Shown piece by piece: positions 19,107-28,066 of a stretch of DNA of 64,000 nt. The first letter of the stretch is position 1. Each line of letters starts with the position of its first letter. The notes under the pieces are model-generated. The model searched no databases. It worked only from the letters and a program-made list of their open reading frames with translations, and had not been told where the DNA came from. Both the position numbers and the translations under genes were made by a program. The stretch is from Gammaproteobacteria bacterium (lineage in GTDB: Bacteria; Pseudomonadota; Gammaproteobacteria; Steroidobacterales; Steroidobacteraceae), in the NCBI GenBank assembly GCA_012026925.1, contig VEPJ01000073.1, positions 6,340 through 70,339 on the forward strand, in the 5' to 3' direction.

Positions 19107-20300
19107 TCAGTGACGCGCCTTGCGCAGCGCGCGCATCCAGAGCGAGTTGGCGAGCGTCACGAACGCGATGGTCGCCCCGCACGCGATCAGGGCCTGCCGA
19201 GCGCCCAGCCACTGCGACAGCGCGCCTGCCGCGAGACCGGACGCCGCCGGGATCACCTGCGATATGACGGTGTAGGTGGCCAGCACGCGGCCGCGTACCG
19301 CTTCGTCCGAATTCACCTGGATGCCGGCGACGATCAACGAGAGCGCGAACCCGCCCGCGACGCCGACCCCGAACAGCAGGGCGACCGCCGCTGCGGCGCG
19401 ACCTGCGAATCCGATCGCCGCGAGCAACGAGCCCACCAGCGTCGTGGCCACGAGGATGCTGATGCCGGCCGGCAGTCCCGAGGCGAACTTGAGCGCCCCG
19501 ACGCCTCCCACCATCAGGGCAATGGCAAGAGTGCCGAGGAACAACCCGCGACCCAGGTCGCCGAGCGCGAACTGGGTATTGGCGAGCCTGGGCAGCAGCA
19601 CCTGCATCGGTCCCATCGCGAGATAGCCGACGATCGCCGCCAGCATGAACTGTCCGAGCAGCGGCCTGCGGACGATCGCAACGAGGCCCTCGCGGATCTC
19701 GTGCATCACGTGGCGCGGCGGACGATTCGAGCGGTGCGTCTCGATCCCGAGCAGGAGCCCGGAACCCGCGACGAAGAACGTGGCCGCGACGGCGAACACG
19801 CCCCACCAGCCGGTCACGCTGCGGATCACGCCGATCATCAGCGGCCCGAGGCCGAAGCCCAGCATCACGAGCAGGTTGAGCGCGAGCGCCCCCGCCCGCA
19901 GTTCGTCGCTCTTCACCACCTGCGTCACCGCCGCCATGCGCGCCGGCGACACGAACGACCAGCCGACGCCAGCGAACGTCGCGGCCATCAGGAACGGCGC
20001 AACGCGCGACGCCGGCGAAGGGAGCATCGTGTCCGCGACGAGGAGGAGGATGGCAGCGGCGACGAACACCGCTTGCGCGTAGTGGATCAGTCGCACGGGG
20101 GCGAGGCGGTCGCAGAGTACGCCCGCGTACCAGCCGAGCACGATCGGTGGCCCGAAGCAGAGGCCGAACCCGACGCCGGACAACAGGTCCGAGCCGAGCA
20201 CCTCCTGCGCGTACATGATCACCGAGTAATTGATCATGTGTCCCGCCGTGAAGGCGAGCAGGCACGAGAGGTAGAACGCGGGGTAACGCTTGAAGATCAA
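19107..20300 (-). CDS. MFS transporter
   Basis: Multi-TM protein. I place the start at the TTG at 20300-20298, which overlaps the upstream TGA (TTGA). The annotated longer ORF would overlap the upstream gene by 150 nt. Confidence 0.7.
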   Translation of the reverse strand: MIFKRYPAFYLSCLLAFTAGHMINYSVIMYAQEVLGSDLLSGVGFGLCFGPPIVLGWYAGVLCDRLAPVRLIHYAQAVFVAAAILLLVADTMLPSPASRVAPFLMAATFAGVGWSFVSPARMAAVTQVVKSDELRAGALALNLLVMLGFGLGPLMIGVIRSVTGWWGVFAVAATFFVAGSGLLLGIETHRSNRPPRHVMHEIREGLVAIVRRPLLGQFMLAAIVGYLAMGPMQVLLPRLANTQFALGDLGRGLFLGTLAIALMVGGVGALKFASGLPAGISILVATTLVGSLLAAIGFAGRAAAAVALLFGVGVAGGFALSLIVAGIQVNSDEAVRGRVLATYTVISQVIPAASGLAAGALSQWLGARQALIACGATIAFVTLANSLWMRALRKARH

Positions 20301-22069
20301 GGCTGCACGCGGATCAGCGTCGGCTGCATCGTCTCGACGTGCCAGCCCGGGAAATTGGAGATGGACGTGTACACGGTGCCGTCCGGGGCGAACTCGACGT
20401 CGCGCGTGAACGCGCCGCGGCGCGACAGGGGGTAAACGCGCCATTCGCCCGTGCGGATGTCGAGCGAATACAGCGAGTCAGACTGGTTGCCGTTCACCCA
20501 GACGACGCCCCGCGGCCGATCCACGTTCAGCGAGTACGGCGTGTCGCTGCCCTTCGGCAGCACCGGCAGGTCGAACCGCGTGAACTGGCCGGTGGCGGGC
20601 ACGTAGCGCGCGATCGCAGACTCGGGGAACGCGGCGATCCAGAGATTGCCTTCCGCGTCGGCCCGCAGCCGCCGCGGTCCCTTGAAGGGCGTCGCAATCA
20701 TCGTGACCTTGCCGCTGTCCGGAGCGAGCACACCGATCTCGTCCGTGTGCAGCCTGGCGAACCAGATCCTGCCGTCCGGCGCGACCTCGATGCCGTACGG
20801 CAGCGGCGTGCCCGTCGCCTGGCGGTCGATCGGCAGCCAGTGCGAGAGCGGCACGCCCCAGCTGATGAGCCGGAAGATCACTCCGATCAGCCTCACGTTG
20901 AGCCACTCGCGGAAGCCGCGCGTCGGCAGGTCGTATAGGGTGAACCTGCCCGTCGAGCGGTCGAGCATGCCGATCTGGTTCGACAGCGCCAGCGTGAACC
21001 AGACGCGATCCTTCGCGTCCACGCGGATCGTGTGCGGGTAGAACCCGCCGCCGATCTCGTGCAGCTTGAACGTCCTGGTCGCCGGGTCGAACTCGACGAT
21101 GCGGCGCTGCGCCGACGGCGTGATGAAGATGTGCCCGTCGCGCGCCGACTCCGCGAGCGAGTGAGCGTTCGACGTGCTGTCGTGGCGCGGGAATGTCTTG
21201 AGCCGACCGGCCAGCAGTCCGCCCGGCTTGTCCCCCGGCAGGTGCGGGATCCTGTAGACGGTGATCTCGTTCGTCCGCGGGTCGGTCTCGTAGAGCCGGT
21301 CCTGGATGTTGTCGGCGACATACACGAGGCCGTTGCGGCCCACCAGCATGTCGTGCGTCTGGGACATGATGTCCCCGATCGGCCACTCGGTGATCGTGGC
21401 GGAGGCCAGTTCCGGCCGCCACGGCGCGGTGTCGGGCACGAGCGCAGGATTCTCACGCAGCCTGCGATAGCCTGCGGACAGCTTCGCGGGCATCGCGCGC
21501 TGGTCGGCGGTCGAGAGGCGCGAACCGTAGCCGATCATGCGGTAGATGACCTCGCTCCACAGCTGTGGCGTGCGCTCCATGCGCGTGAACGCGTTGCCCT
21601 GCTGGTGGCAGAACGCACACTGCAGCATGAAGTGCTGCTTCGTGTCGGCGTCGCCCACGTCGAGCGCGCCGAGCCACGCGTTGGCGGGCTTCGCCTCCGC
21701 CAGAGCAGACGGATCCGTCTCGCGCGACATCACCACGGCGGGAGGAGCTTCGCCCGGCCGGGTCGTCACGACGGCATCGCGGAAGCCGGGCTTGCGGAAA
21801 CGGTAGGTGAGCCCGACCGGCCGGTCCGGCATCGTCACCGTGCCCGCCGCATCGGTGAAGCGCGTGAACTCCGGATCGACGACCTCCGCCTTGCCCGGCG
21901 TCGCGTATCCGCCGTCGGAGGTGTCGAGCCTGCGCGCGTCCGTAACCGATTGCGTGACCATGACCGTCGCGAGCGCGGCGCCGGCCTCGTCCCTGGCCGA
22001 GACCGTCGCAGCCTGCGTTGTGCACGACGCCATCAAGGCGGCGGCGATGGCGATCGACCGGGTGCGCAT
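20297..22069 (-). CDS. secreted beta-propeller protein (Vgb/streptogramin-lyase-like repeats) with one CxxCH haem motif
   Basis: ATG at 22069 preceded by AAGGAG. Signal peptide MRTRSIAIAAALMASC, an N-terminal beta-sandwich-like region, CAFCH followed by YRMIGYG, then repeated ...DG.IWF/V... blades. Confidence 0.65.
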   Translation of the reverse strand: MRTRSIAIAAALMASCTTQAATVSARDEAGAALATVMVTQSVTDARRLDTSDGGYATPGKAEVVDPEFTRFTDAAGTVTMPDRPVGLTYRFRKPGFRDAVVTTRPGEAPPAVVMSRETDPSALAEAKPANAWLGALDVGDADTKQHFMLQCAFCHQQGNAFTRMERTPQLWSEVIYRMIGYGSRLSTADQRAMPAKLSAGYRRLRENPALVPDTAPWRPELASATITEWPIGDIMSQTHDMLVGRNGLVYVADNIQDRLYETDPRTNEITVYRIPHLPGDKPGGLLAGRLKTFPRHDSTSNAHSLAESARDGHIFITPSAQRRIVEFDPATRTFKLHEIGGGFYPHTIRVDAKDRVWFTLALSNQIGMLDRSTGRFTLYDLPTRGFREWLNVRLIGVIFRLISWGVPLSHWLPIDRQATGTPLPYGIEVAPDGRIWFARLHTDEIGVLAPDSGKVTMIATPFKGPRRLRADAEGNLWIAAFPESAIARYVPATGQFTRFDLPVLPKGSDTPYSLNVDRPRGVVWVNGNQSDSLYSLDIRTGEWRVYPLSRRGAFTRDVEFAPDGTVYTSISNFPGWHVETMQPTLIRVQP

Positions 22070-22080
22070 CGAGTTCTCCT

Positions 22081-23934
22081 TCAGCTTGCTTGCGCCTGCT
22101 GCCGCAGCAGCGCGACCGTCGACATGCGGGCCGCCACCGAGTGCACCGGGAGCGCAAGCACGTCGCCTGGACGCGCCCAATCGAGCGCACGGCGCACGGC
22201 ATCCATCTCGCTCATGCTCACCGCCAGCGCGGACTCGGGAAAACCGGCACGCAGCAGGGCCTGACGGAAGATCCGCGGTACCTCGCCCGGCTGTCGCCCG
22301 CGCAGATAGGCCTCCGTTTCCTTGATGACGACGAAGTCCGGCCGGAACTCCGCGGCGACCCGGGCCACCGCCTCCATGTCGGAGTCCTGGCGATTTCCCG
22401 CGTGACCGAGCAGTATCCCCACGCGACCGCCCCCCGACCGCAGGTGACGCGCCACTTTCATGAGCCCGCGGACACCCTCCGGGTTGTGCGCGTAGTCGAG
22501 CAGGACGGTCACACCGCGCACCTCGAAGCGCATCATGCGGCCGGCGTTGTCCTCGAGCCGCGTGCCGAAGCCCGCGAACACGGACGCGATCGTCGAAGGC
22601 GGCACACCCAGCGCGGCGGCGGCGAGTGCCGCCGCAGCCAGGTTCGCAATGTTGTACGTCGCGCTGCCGTCCACCGTCAACGGCATCGAGGCGACGACGC
22701 CGAGATCGTGCGCGTCGCGGCCCCGAGCGAGCAGCAGCCGGCCGTTCCGCACCCCACAGGTCGAGCCCCCGCGCTCCCGATTCGACTTCAGTAGCAGCGC
22801 ATCGTCGTCGAGCGCGAACCAGCCGACCGGCGGCGCGCGACCGAAGCGCTGCGCGAGGTCCGCGACCCTGCAGCGCAGCTCGGCATCGTCCGCGTTCAGC
22901 ACCAGCAGACCGCCCGGCCGGACGACCCCGGCGACGGTCAGTTTTGCGTCCGCGAGCCCGCCAAGGTCGTGGATGCCGTACTCCCCGAAATGGTCGCTGC
23001 TCACGTTGGTGACGATCGCCACGTCCGCGCGGTTCACTGCGATGCCTCGCCTCAGGATGCCGCCGCGCGCGGTCTCGATCACGGCGGCCGCGCAGCGAGG
23101 CTCGCGCATCACCATCCGGGCCCCGACCGGCCCGGAGTAGTCACCCGCAACAAGTGACTCGCCGTCCACGAACACGCCGTCGGTGCAGCTGTACGCCGTG
23201 CGCCAACCCGCGGCGCGAGTGCACGCGGCAATCAGGCGCACCGTCGTCGTCTTGCCATTCGACCCGGTGACGAGCGCCGTCGGAACGCCGTGCAGCCGGT
23301 CCCAGGGTACGTCCGCGGCAAACGGCAATCCGCTCAACTCGTAGCCATGCGATCCGTGACCGGCCCCCAGCGTCAACACTGATTCGTCCAGCAAGTACTG
23401 CAGCCCGCGAGCGTCGGCGGCATCGATCAATGCACGGAGGTCGGGACGAGCCTCGAGGTCGGCGAGTTGCTCGAAGCGAGCCATCGCCGCATCTTCGTCC
23501 AGCACCGGCGGTAGCGCTGCGAACGGATTGGCCTCCGCCGATTCGGCCGCCGCGACGAGCGAGTCCTGCAGCGACGCCCAGTGCATCGGGTCGCGAGCGT
23601 GCAGCGCCGCGCAGAGCGCCCACTCGTTGACCTCGGTCGCGGTGTAGAGCTGGTCGCAAGGCGCCGCGAGCGCGAGCGAGGCGCCCGTCGCATGCAGGCG
23701 CGCCACCGTCTCCTGTGCCGCCGGACGAATGCGCGAGCTGTCGGCCAGCGACACGGAACTCGCCCAGCCGAGCCGCGACCGGGCGCGGTCCACCCGCTCG
23801 CGCCACCCCGACAGCAGAGCGTCGTCGGGCGTGACACCGGCAACCTCGAGCACGGCGCCCGTCGAGGCGAAAAACAGGTTGCAGCCGGTGAGACGCCTCG
23901 AGTCCTCGAACGGCAACGCGAGCTGGACGGTCAG
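22081..23934 (-). CDS. cyanophycin-synthetase-like protein lacking the ATP-grasp module (cphA')
   Basis: About 220-aa N-terminal region followed by a Mur-ligase-type domain (VTGSNGKTTT, NVSSDHFGEYG, DYAHNPEG). There is no ATG. Candidate starts are the CTG at 23934 (overlapping the cphA TGA) and the TTG at 23916. Confidence 0.7.
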   Translation of the reverse strand: MTVQLALPFEDSRRLTGCNLFFASTGAVLEVAGVTPDDALLSGWRERVDRARSRLGWASSVSLADSSRIRPAAQETVARLHATGASLALAAPCDQLYTATEVNEWALCAALHARDPMHWASLQDSLVAAAESAEANPFAALPPVLDEDAAMARFEQLADLEARPDLRALIDAADARGLQYLLDESVLTLGAGHGSHGYELSGLPFAADVPWDRLHGVPTALVTGSNGKTTTVRLIAACTRAAGWRTAYSCTDGVFVDGESLVAGDYSGPVGARMVMREPRCAAAVIETARGGILRRGIAVNRADVAIVTNVSSDHFGEYGIHDLGGLADAKLTVAGVVRPGGLLVLNADDAELRCRVADLAQRFGRAPPVGWFALDDDALLLKSNRERGGSTCGVRNGRLLLARGRDAHDLGVVASMPLTVDGSATYNIANLAAAALAAAALGVPPSTIASVFAGFGTRLEDNAGRMMRFEVRGVTVLLDYAHNPEGVRGLMKVARHLRSGGGRVGILLGHAGNRQDSDMEAVARVAAEFRPDFVVIKETEAYLRGRQPGEVPRIFRQALLRAGFPESALAVSMSEMDAVRRALDWARPGDVLALPVHSVAARMSTVALLRQQAQAS

Positions 23935-26798
23935 TCGTCGGTCTCCGGGGCGAAGCGCACGCCGCGCTCGTCGCGAATCAGGCCCTCGAGGTTGAGCGGC
24001 GGCGCGGCAGGCTTGTTTTCCGGCCAGGCAACTTCCGAAGGACGGCCGGGTTCGGGGCTGGCAATTGGAGCAGCTTTGGGCGACGCCCTGCCCGCGGCAC
24101 CCGCGCCTGACAACGGCGCCGCCTCCATGGTTGCGGCGGACGGCGCGGCGCCCGGCGCCTTGAACTTGGTGATCTGCTTCCAGGAACGCACCAGCGCGTC
24201 CGCAAAGATGAGCAGCAGGTCCCCGGCCTGTCCCATGCGCAGCGCCGCGTCGATCGCCTCCTGCTCGTCGGGGATGATGGAGATCGCGCCCTCGGACACA
24301 CCCGCGGCCCGCAGGGCGGCGGCCTGGATCTTCGGAACCTCGTCGGGAGCGCGATCGCGCAGGCTGTCGTCGCGCCGGCAGATGTAGTGGTCGAAGCGTC
24401 CCGCCACGGCGTTCGCGATCGCCACGAGGTCCTCGTCGCGGCGGTCGCCCGGGCCGGCCAGCACGACGATGCGGCGTCCGGTGCAGTCGAGCCGCGACGC
24501 CAGGTCTGCCATCGCGCCGACCGCATGCGCGTTGTGGCCGTAGTCGAAGAGGACCTTGAACGGGTGCTCGTCGTAGACGTTCATGCGCCCGGGCGCCTGG
24601 AAGAACGTCGAGTCGAACGTGCGCAGTCCCTGCCGGATCGCATCGAGCTTGATGCCGAGCGAGAACGCCATCGCCGCGGCGAACATCGCGTTCTGCACGT
24701 TGTGCATCGCGCGCCCCTCGAGGGTCGCCGGGATGAGGTGCGTCCAGACGAGCGGGATGTGGCCGCCGCGGTCGTAGAGCGTGATCATCTGCCCGTTGAC
24801 GCCCGCCTCGAGCGCGCACGCCCGCCCGCCGGCGCGAATGTGCTCGCGCACCAGCGAGTGGTGCGGGTTCATCGTCACGTAGCAGATGGTCTTCGCGTCG
24901 GTGTAGCCGGCCATGCGCAGCACGAGCGGGTCGTCGGCGTTCAGGACCGCGCAATCGGTGGCGACCTCGACGACCACGCGCTTCACCTCGGCGAGCTGCT
25001 CGAGCGTGTCGATGCCCTTGAGGCCGAGGTGATCGGACTGGACGTTCAGCACCGCGCCGACGTTGACCTCGCTCACGCCCATGCCGGCGCGCAGCAGCCC
25101 GCCGCGCGCCGTCTCCAGCACGGCAATGTCGATCTGCGGGTCGGCGAGCACCATGCGCGCGGAGACCGGGCCGGTCATGTCGCCCTGCACCGTGCGCTGG
25201 CCGTCGATGTAGACGCCGTCCGTCGTGGTGAGACCGGGCGTATAGCCCGCCATCTTCGTGATGTGCGAGAGCATGCGCGCCGTGGTCGTCTTGCCGTTCG
25301 TGCCGGTGACGGCCGCGATCGGCACGCGCGACGGCGCCCCGGGCGGGAACAGCATGTCGATGACGGGCCCCGCGACGTCGCGCGGAGTGCCCTCGCTCGG
25401 CGCCACGTGCATGCGGAACCCCGGCGCGGCGTTGACCTCGCAGATGCCGCCGCCGATCTTTCGATAGGTCTCCGTGATGTCCTTCGAGAGGAAGTCCACG
25501 CCGCCCACGTCGAGCCCGATCGCGCGCACCGCTCGCTCCGCCATCTCCCGGTTGTCCGGGTGGATGACGTCCGTGACGTCGGTCGCCGTTCCGCCGGTCG
25601 AGAGATTCGCAGTCGAGCGGAGATGGACTGCCTGCCCCGCCGCAGGCACCGAGTCGGCCGTGAGCCCCGCCCGGTCGAGCATCTTCTGCGCCTGTGCGTC
25701 GAGCTCGAGACGCGTCAGGACCTTCTCGTGGCCCACGCCGCGCCGCGGATCCTGGTTCACGATCTCGATCAGCTGCGTCACCGTATGCTCGCCGTCGCCG
25801 ACGACGTGCCCCGGCGTGCGGCGCGTGGCCGCGACGAGCTCGCCATTCACGACCAGCAGGCGGTGGTCGTCACCTTCGAGGAAGCTCTCGACCACGACGG
25901 AGCGCGAGTGCTCGCGTGCCACCGCGAATCCCTGCGCGACTTCCTCGTCGGTCGTCAGACGAATCGAAATGCCGCGCCCGTGATTCCCGTTGTACGGCTT
26001 CGTCACGACCGGGAAGCCGATGCGCCGCGCCGCGCGGACCGCCTGCCCTTCGCTCTGCACGAGCTCCTGCTTCGGCACAGGGAGACCCAGCGTCGCGAGG
26101 ATCTTGTTGGTCTCCTCCTTGTCGCTCGCGAGCTCGACGGCGATGTGCGACGTGCGGCCCGTGACCGTCGCCTGGATGCGCTGCTGGTACTTGCCGTGGC
26201 CGAGCTGCACGAGCGACTGGTCGTTGAGGCGCAGCCAGGGAATGCCGCGCGCCTCCGCCGCCCGCACGAGCGACGCGGTCGAGGGCCCGAGCGCCCGCCG
26301 CTGCGCGAAGCGGATGAACTCGTCGCGCGCCTCCGGCCAGTTCCAGCCGTCGGGAACGGTGTCGCCCGGCCGGATCGATTCCGGCAGCAGCGAGCAGATG
26401 AGGCGCAACCCGAGTTCGCCGGCCGCGATGCCCTCGTCGCGCTGGGCGTATTCGTAGACGACGGTGTAGACGCCCTCCGGCCCCGCGCTGCGCGTCTTGC
26501 CGAAGGTGACCTCCTCGCCGGCGATGTTCTGCAGCTCGATAGCGACGTGCTCACGCACGTGACCGAGCCACGTGCCCTCGTCCTCCCGCATGCGCCGGAA
26601 GAATCCGCCAGGCTCGTTGTAGGAGCAGCCGTGCTCCGCGAGGCCGGGCAGCGCCTCGGCGAGCGCATCGATGAATGCGTTGCCGAGGCGGGCGGTGGGC
26701 CACTGCTCGAGGTGACCGAGGTCGAGCTCGAGCCGGATGACCGGAAAGTGCGCGTACAGCGACGGGCCGACGTAAACGGAACGGTCCAGGATGCGCAT
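23931..26798 (-). CDS. cphA: cyanophycin synthetase
   Basis: ATG at 26798 (MRILDRSVYVGPSLYAHFPVIRLELDLG). ATP-grasp module (PVVTKPYNGNHGRGIS) plus Mur-ligase module (VTGTNGKTTTARM, NVQSDHLG, DYGHNAH). Ala/Pro-rich C-terminal tail. Confidence 0.9.
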   Translation of the reverse strand: MRILDRSVYVGPSLYAHFPVIRLELDLGHLEQWPTARLGNAFIDALAEALPGLAEHGCSYNEPGGFFRRMREDEGTWLGHVREHVAIELQNIAGEEVTFGKTRSAGPEGVYTVVYEYAQRDEGIAAGELGLRLICSLLPESIRPGDTVPDGWNWPEARDEFIRFAQRRALGPSTASLVRAAEARGIPWLRLNDQSLVQLGHGKYQQRIQATVTGRTSHIAVELASDKEETNKILATLGLPVPKQELVQSEGQAVRAARRIGFPVVTKPYNGNHGRGISIRLTTDEEVAQGFAVAREHSRSVVVESFLEGDDHRLLVVNGELVAATRRTPGHVVGDGEHTVTQLIEIVNQDPRRGVGHEKVLTRLELDAQAQKMLDRAGLTADSVPAAGQAVHLRSTANLSTGGTATDVTDVIHPDNREMAERAVRAIGLDVGGVDFLSKDITETYRKIGGGICEVNAAPGFRMHVAPSEGTPRDVAGPVIDMLFPPGAPSRVPIAAVTGTNGKTTTARMLSHITKMAGYTPGLTTTDGVYIDGQRTVQGDMTGPVSARMVLADPQIDIAVLETARGGLLRAGMGVSEVNVGAVLNVQSDHLGLKGIDTLEQLAEVKRVVVEVATDCAVLNADDPLVLRMAGYTDAKTICYVTMNPHHSLVREHIRAGGRACALEAGVNGQMITLYDRGGHIPLVWTHLIPATLEGRAMHNVQNAMFAAAMAFSLGIKLDAIRQGLRTFDSTFFQAPGRMNVYDEHPFKVLFDYGHNAHAVGAMADLASRLDCTGRRIVVLAGPGDRRDEDLVAIANAVAGRFDHYICRRDDSLRDRAPDEVPKIQAAALRAAGVSEGAISIIPDEQEAIDAALRMGQAGDLLLIFADALVRSWKQITKFKAPGAAPSAATMEAAPLSGAGAAGRASPKAAPIASPEPGRPSEVAWPENKPAAPPLNLEGLIRDERGVRFAPETDD

Positions 26799-26883
26799 CG
26801 CGGGCTTCCACTCCCCCGGGGTGGCCGAGCAGCCGATGATGTCATACCGCGGCGCGGGCGCGTAGCCGGCGCGACCGTGAGCT

Positions 26884-26997
26884 GGCGCCTCCACACGGGA
26901 TGACTGCCCCGGGACGCCGTGGATCCATCCATAGTGGCTCCGCGCGCGACGGCCTGTCGCGCGACGGCCCGGCGCAGTCATCCCGTGTGGAGGCGCC
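26884..26997. repeat. perfect 23-bp inverted repeat enclosing a 68-bp loop (cphB-cphA spacer)
   Basis: GGCGCCTCCACACGGGATGACTG at 26884-26906 is the exact reverse complement of 26975-26997. The loop carries the direct repeat CGCGCGACGGCC twice (26943-26954 and 26958-26969). Confidence 0.85.
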
Positions 26998-27060
26998 GAC
27001 GAGCCGAGTCGCGGCTCACGTCAACAATCGCAGAGCGAAGCGGGCTCACTGGCACATCGA

Positions 27061-27167
27061 CGCCCGTCCGGGTCTCCTGGCCGGGCCGTCCGCGGCATGG
27101 ACGCCGCGGCCGGAGCCTCCATGGGAGGATCCCCGGCGTCCCGGCCAGGAGACCCGGGCGGACGGCG
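27061..27167. repeat. second compound inverted repeat in the cphB-cphA spacer
   Basis: GGGTCTCCTGGCCGGG (27070-27085) pairs perfectly with CCCGGCCAGGAGACCC (27140-27155), with imperfect extensions. Nested hairpins are CCGCGGC/GCCGCGG (27090-27109) and CCTCC-ATG-GGAGG. Confidence 0.8.
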
Positions 27168-27199
27168 ATCGCCAGCGTTGTCCCGGGGAGCGGCTCGCG

Positions 27200-28039
27200 C
27201 TATTCCTTCGGCTGAACGAGCGCCCCGGGCAGCGCGAGACGGCTGTGAAGGTTGAACGTGGCGCCCGCGACGAGGACGTGCAGCTTGAGCCCGAGCATGC
27301 AGACCGGCTGCCCTTCGCTGACGGCGTCCATCGAGGAGTAGGTCACCTCGGACGCGTCCACCACCGTCACGCCACCGCTGCCCTCCACCTCGACCGTCTC
27401 GTCGGGCCCGATGAAGGCGGCCGTGTCCTCGTCGAGGCCGATGCCGACGGCGAACGGGTTGTAGGCGAGTGCGGTCAGTAGCCGCCCGAGCCGGTCGCGC
27501 TGACGGAAGTGCTGGTCGATGATGAAGCGGTTGGTGAGGCCGAGCCCCGGCGCCAGGCGCACGCTGCCCGAGATCACGGACGAGCCCTCGTCACCGAAAG
27601 CGATCATGTGCTCGCTCAGGATGCTGGCACCCGCACTGGTGCCGCCGACCGTCACGCCGTTCGCGTTGCGGGCGCGGATCAGCTTCGCGACGGGCGTGCC
27701 GCCGAGCAGCGTGGTGAGGCGCAACTGGTTGCCGCCGGTGAAGAAGATGCCGGTCGCCTCCTCGAGGCGGCGCAGTCGTCCCGGCTCCTGGCAGTCGCGG
27801 CGCGTATCGAAGTCCATCACGGCGACGCGCGCGGCGCCGATGTCCGTGAAGAGCTTTTCGTAGCGAGGCCCGGTCTCGTGCAGCCGGCTCGCCGTCGGGA
27901 TCACGACGATGTCCGCGTCGCGATCACCCGAGACGCGCACGAAGCGCTCCAGGATGTGGCGGTCGTTTTCCTTGTTCTCCGCGCCACCGATCGGGATGAT
28001 CCAGCCGCGCGTCCGGCCTTCGGGAACGATGCTGGGCAT
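27200..28039 (-). CDS. cphB: cyanophycinase (peptidase S51)
   Basis: IIPIGGAENK, FFTGGNQLRL, and VGGTSAGASIL carrying the canonical nucleophile Ser. Confidence 0.9.
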   Translation of the reverse strand: MPSIVPEGRTRGWIIPIGGAENKENDRHILERFVRVSGDRDADIVVIPTASRLHETGPRYEKLFTDIGAARVAVMDFDTRRDCQEPGRLRRLEEATGIFFTGGNQLRLTTLLGGTPVAKLIRARNANGVTVGGTSAGASILSEHMIAFGDEGSSVISGSVRLAPGLGLTNRFIIDQHFRQRDRLGRLLTALAYNPFAVGIGLDEDTAAFIGPDETVEVEGSGGVTVVDASEVTYSSMDAVSEGQPVCMLGLKLHVLVAGATFNLHSRLALPGALVQPKE

Positions 28040-28066
28040 GGGTCGCTGGGTCCTCGGTCGGTGGGG

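Noticed and set aside
26799-26981. Upstream in-frame extension of cphA to a 1016-aa product
   Set aside because: The canonical CphA N-terminus (MRILDRSVYVGPS...) starts at 26798 with a purine-rich stretch upstream. The extension runs through the inverted-repeat spacer and is Arg/Gly-rich.
26900-27481. 193-aa plus-strand ORF (and 26919-27215) across the cphB-cphA spacer
   Set aside because: It overlaps cphB antisense, has no motifs and has a GC-artefact composition. The region is better explained as structured non-coding DNA or RNA.
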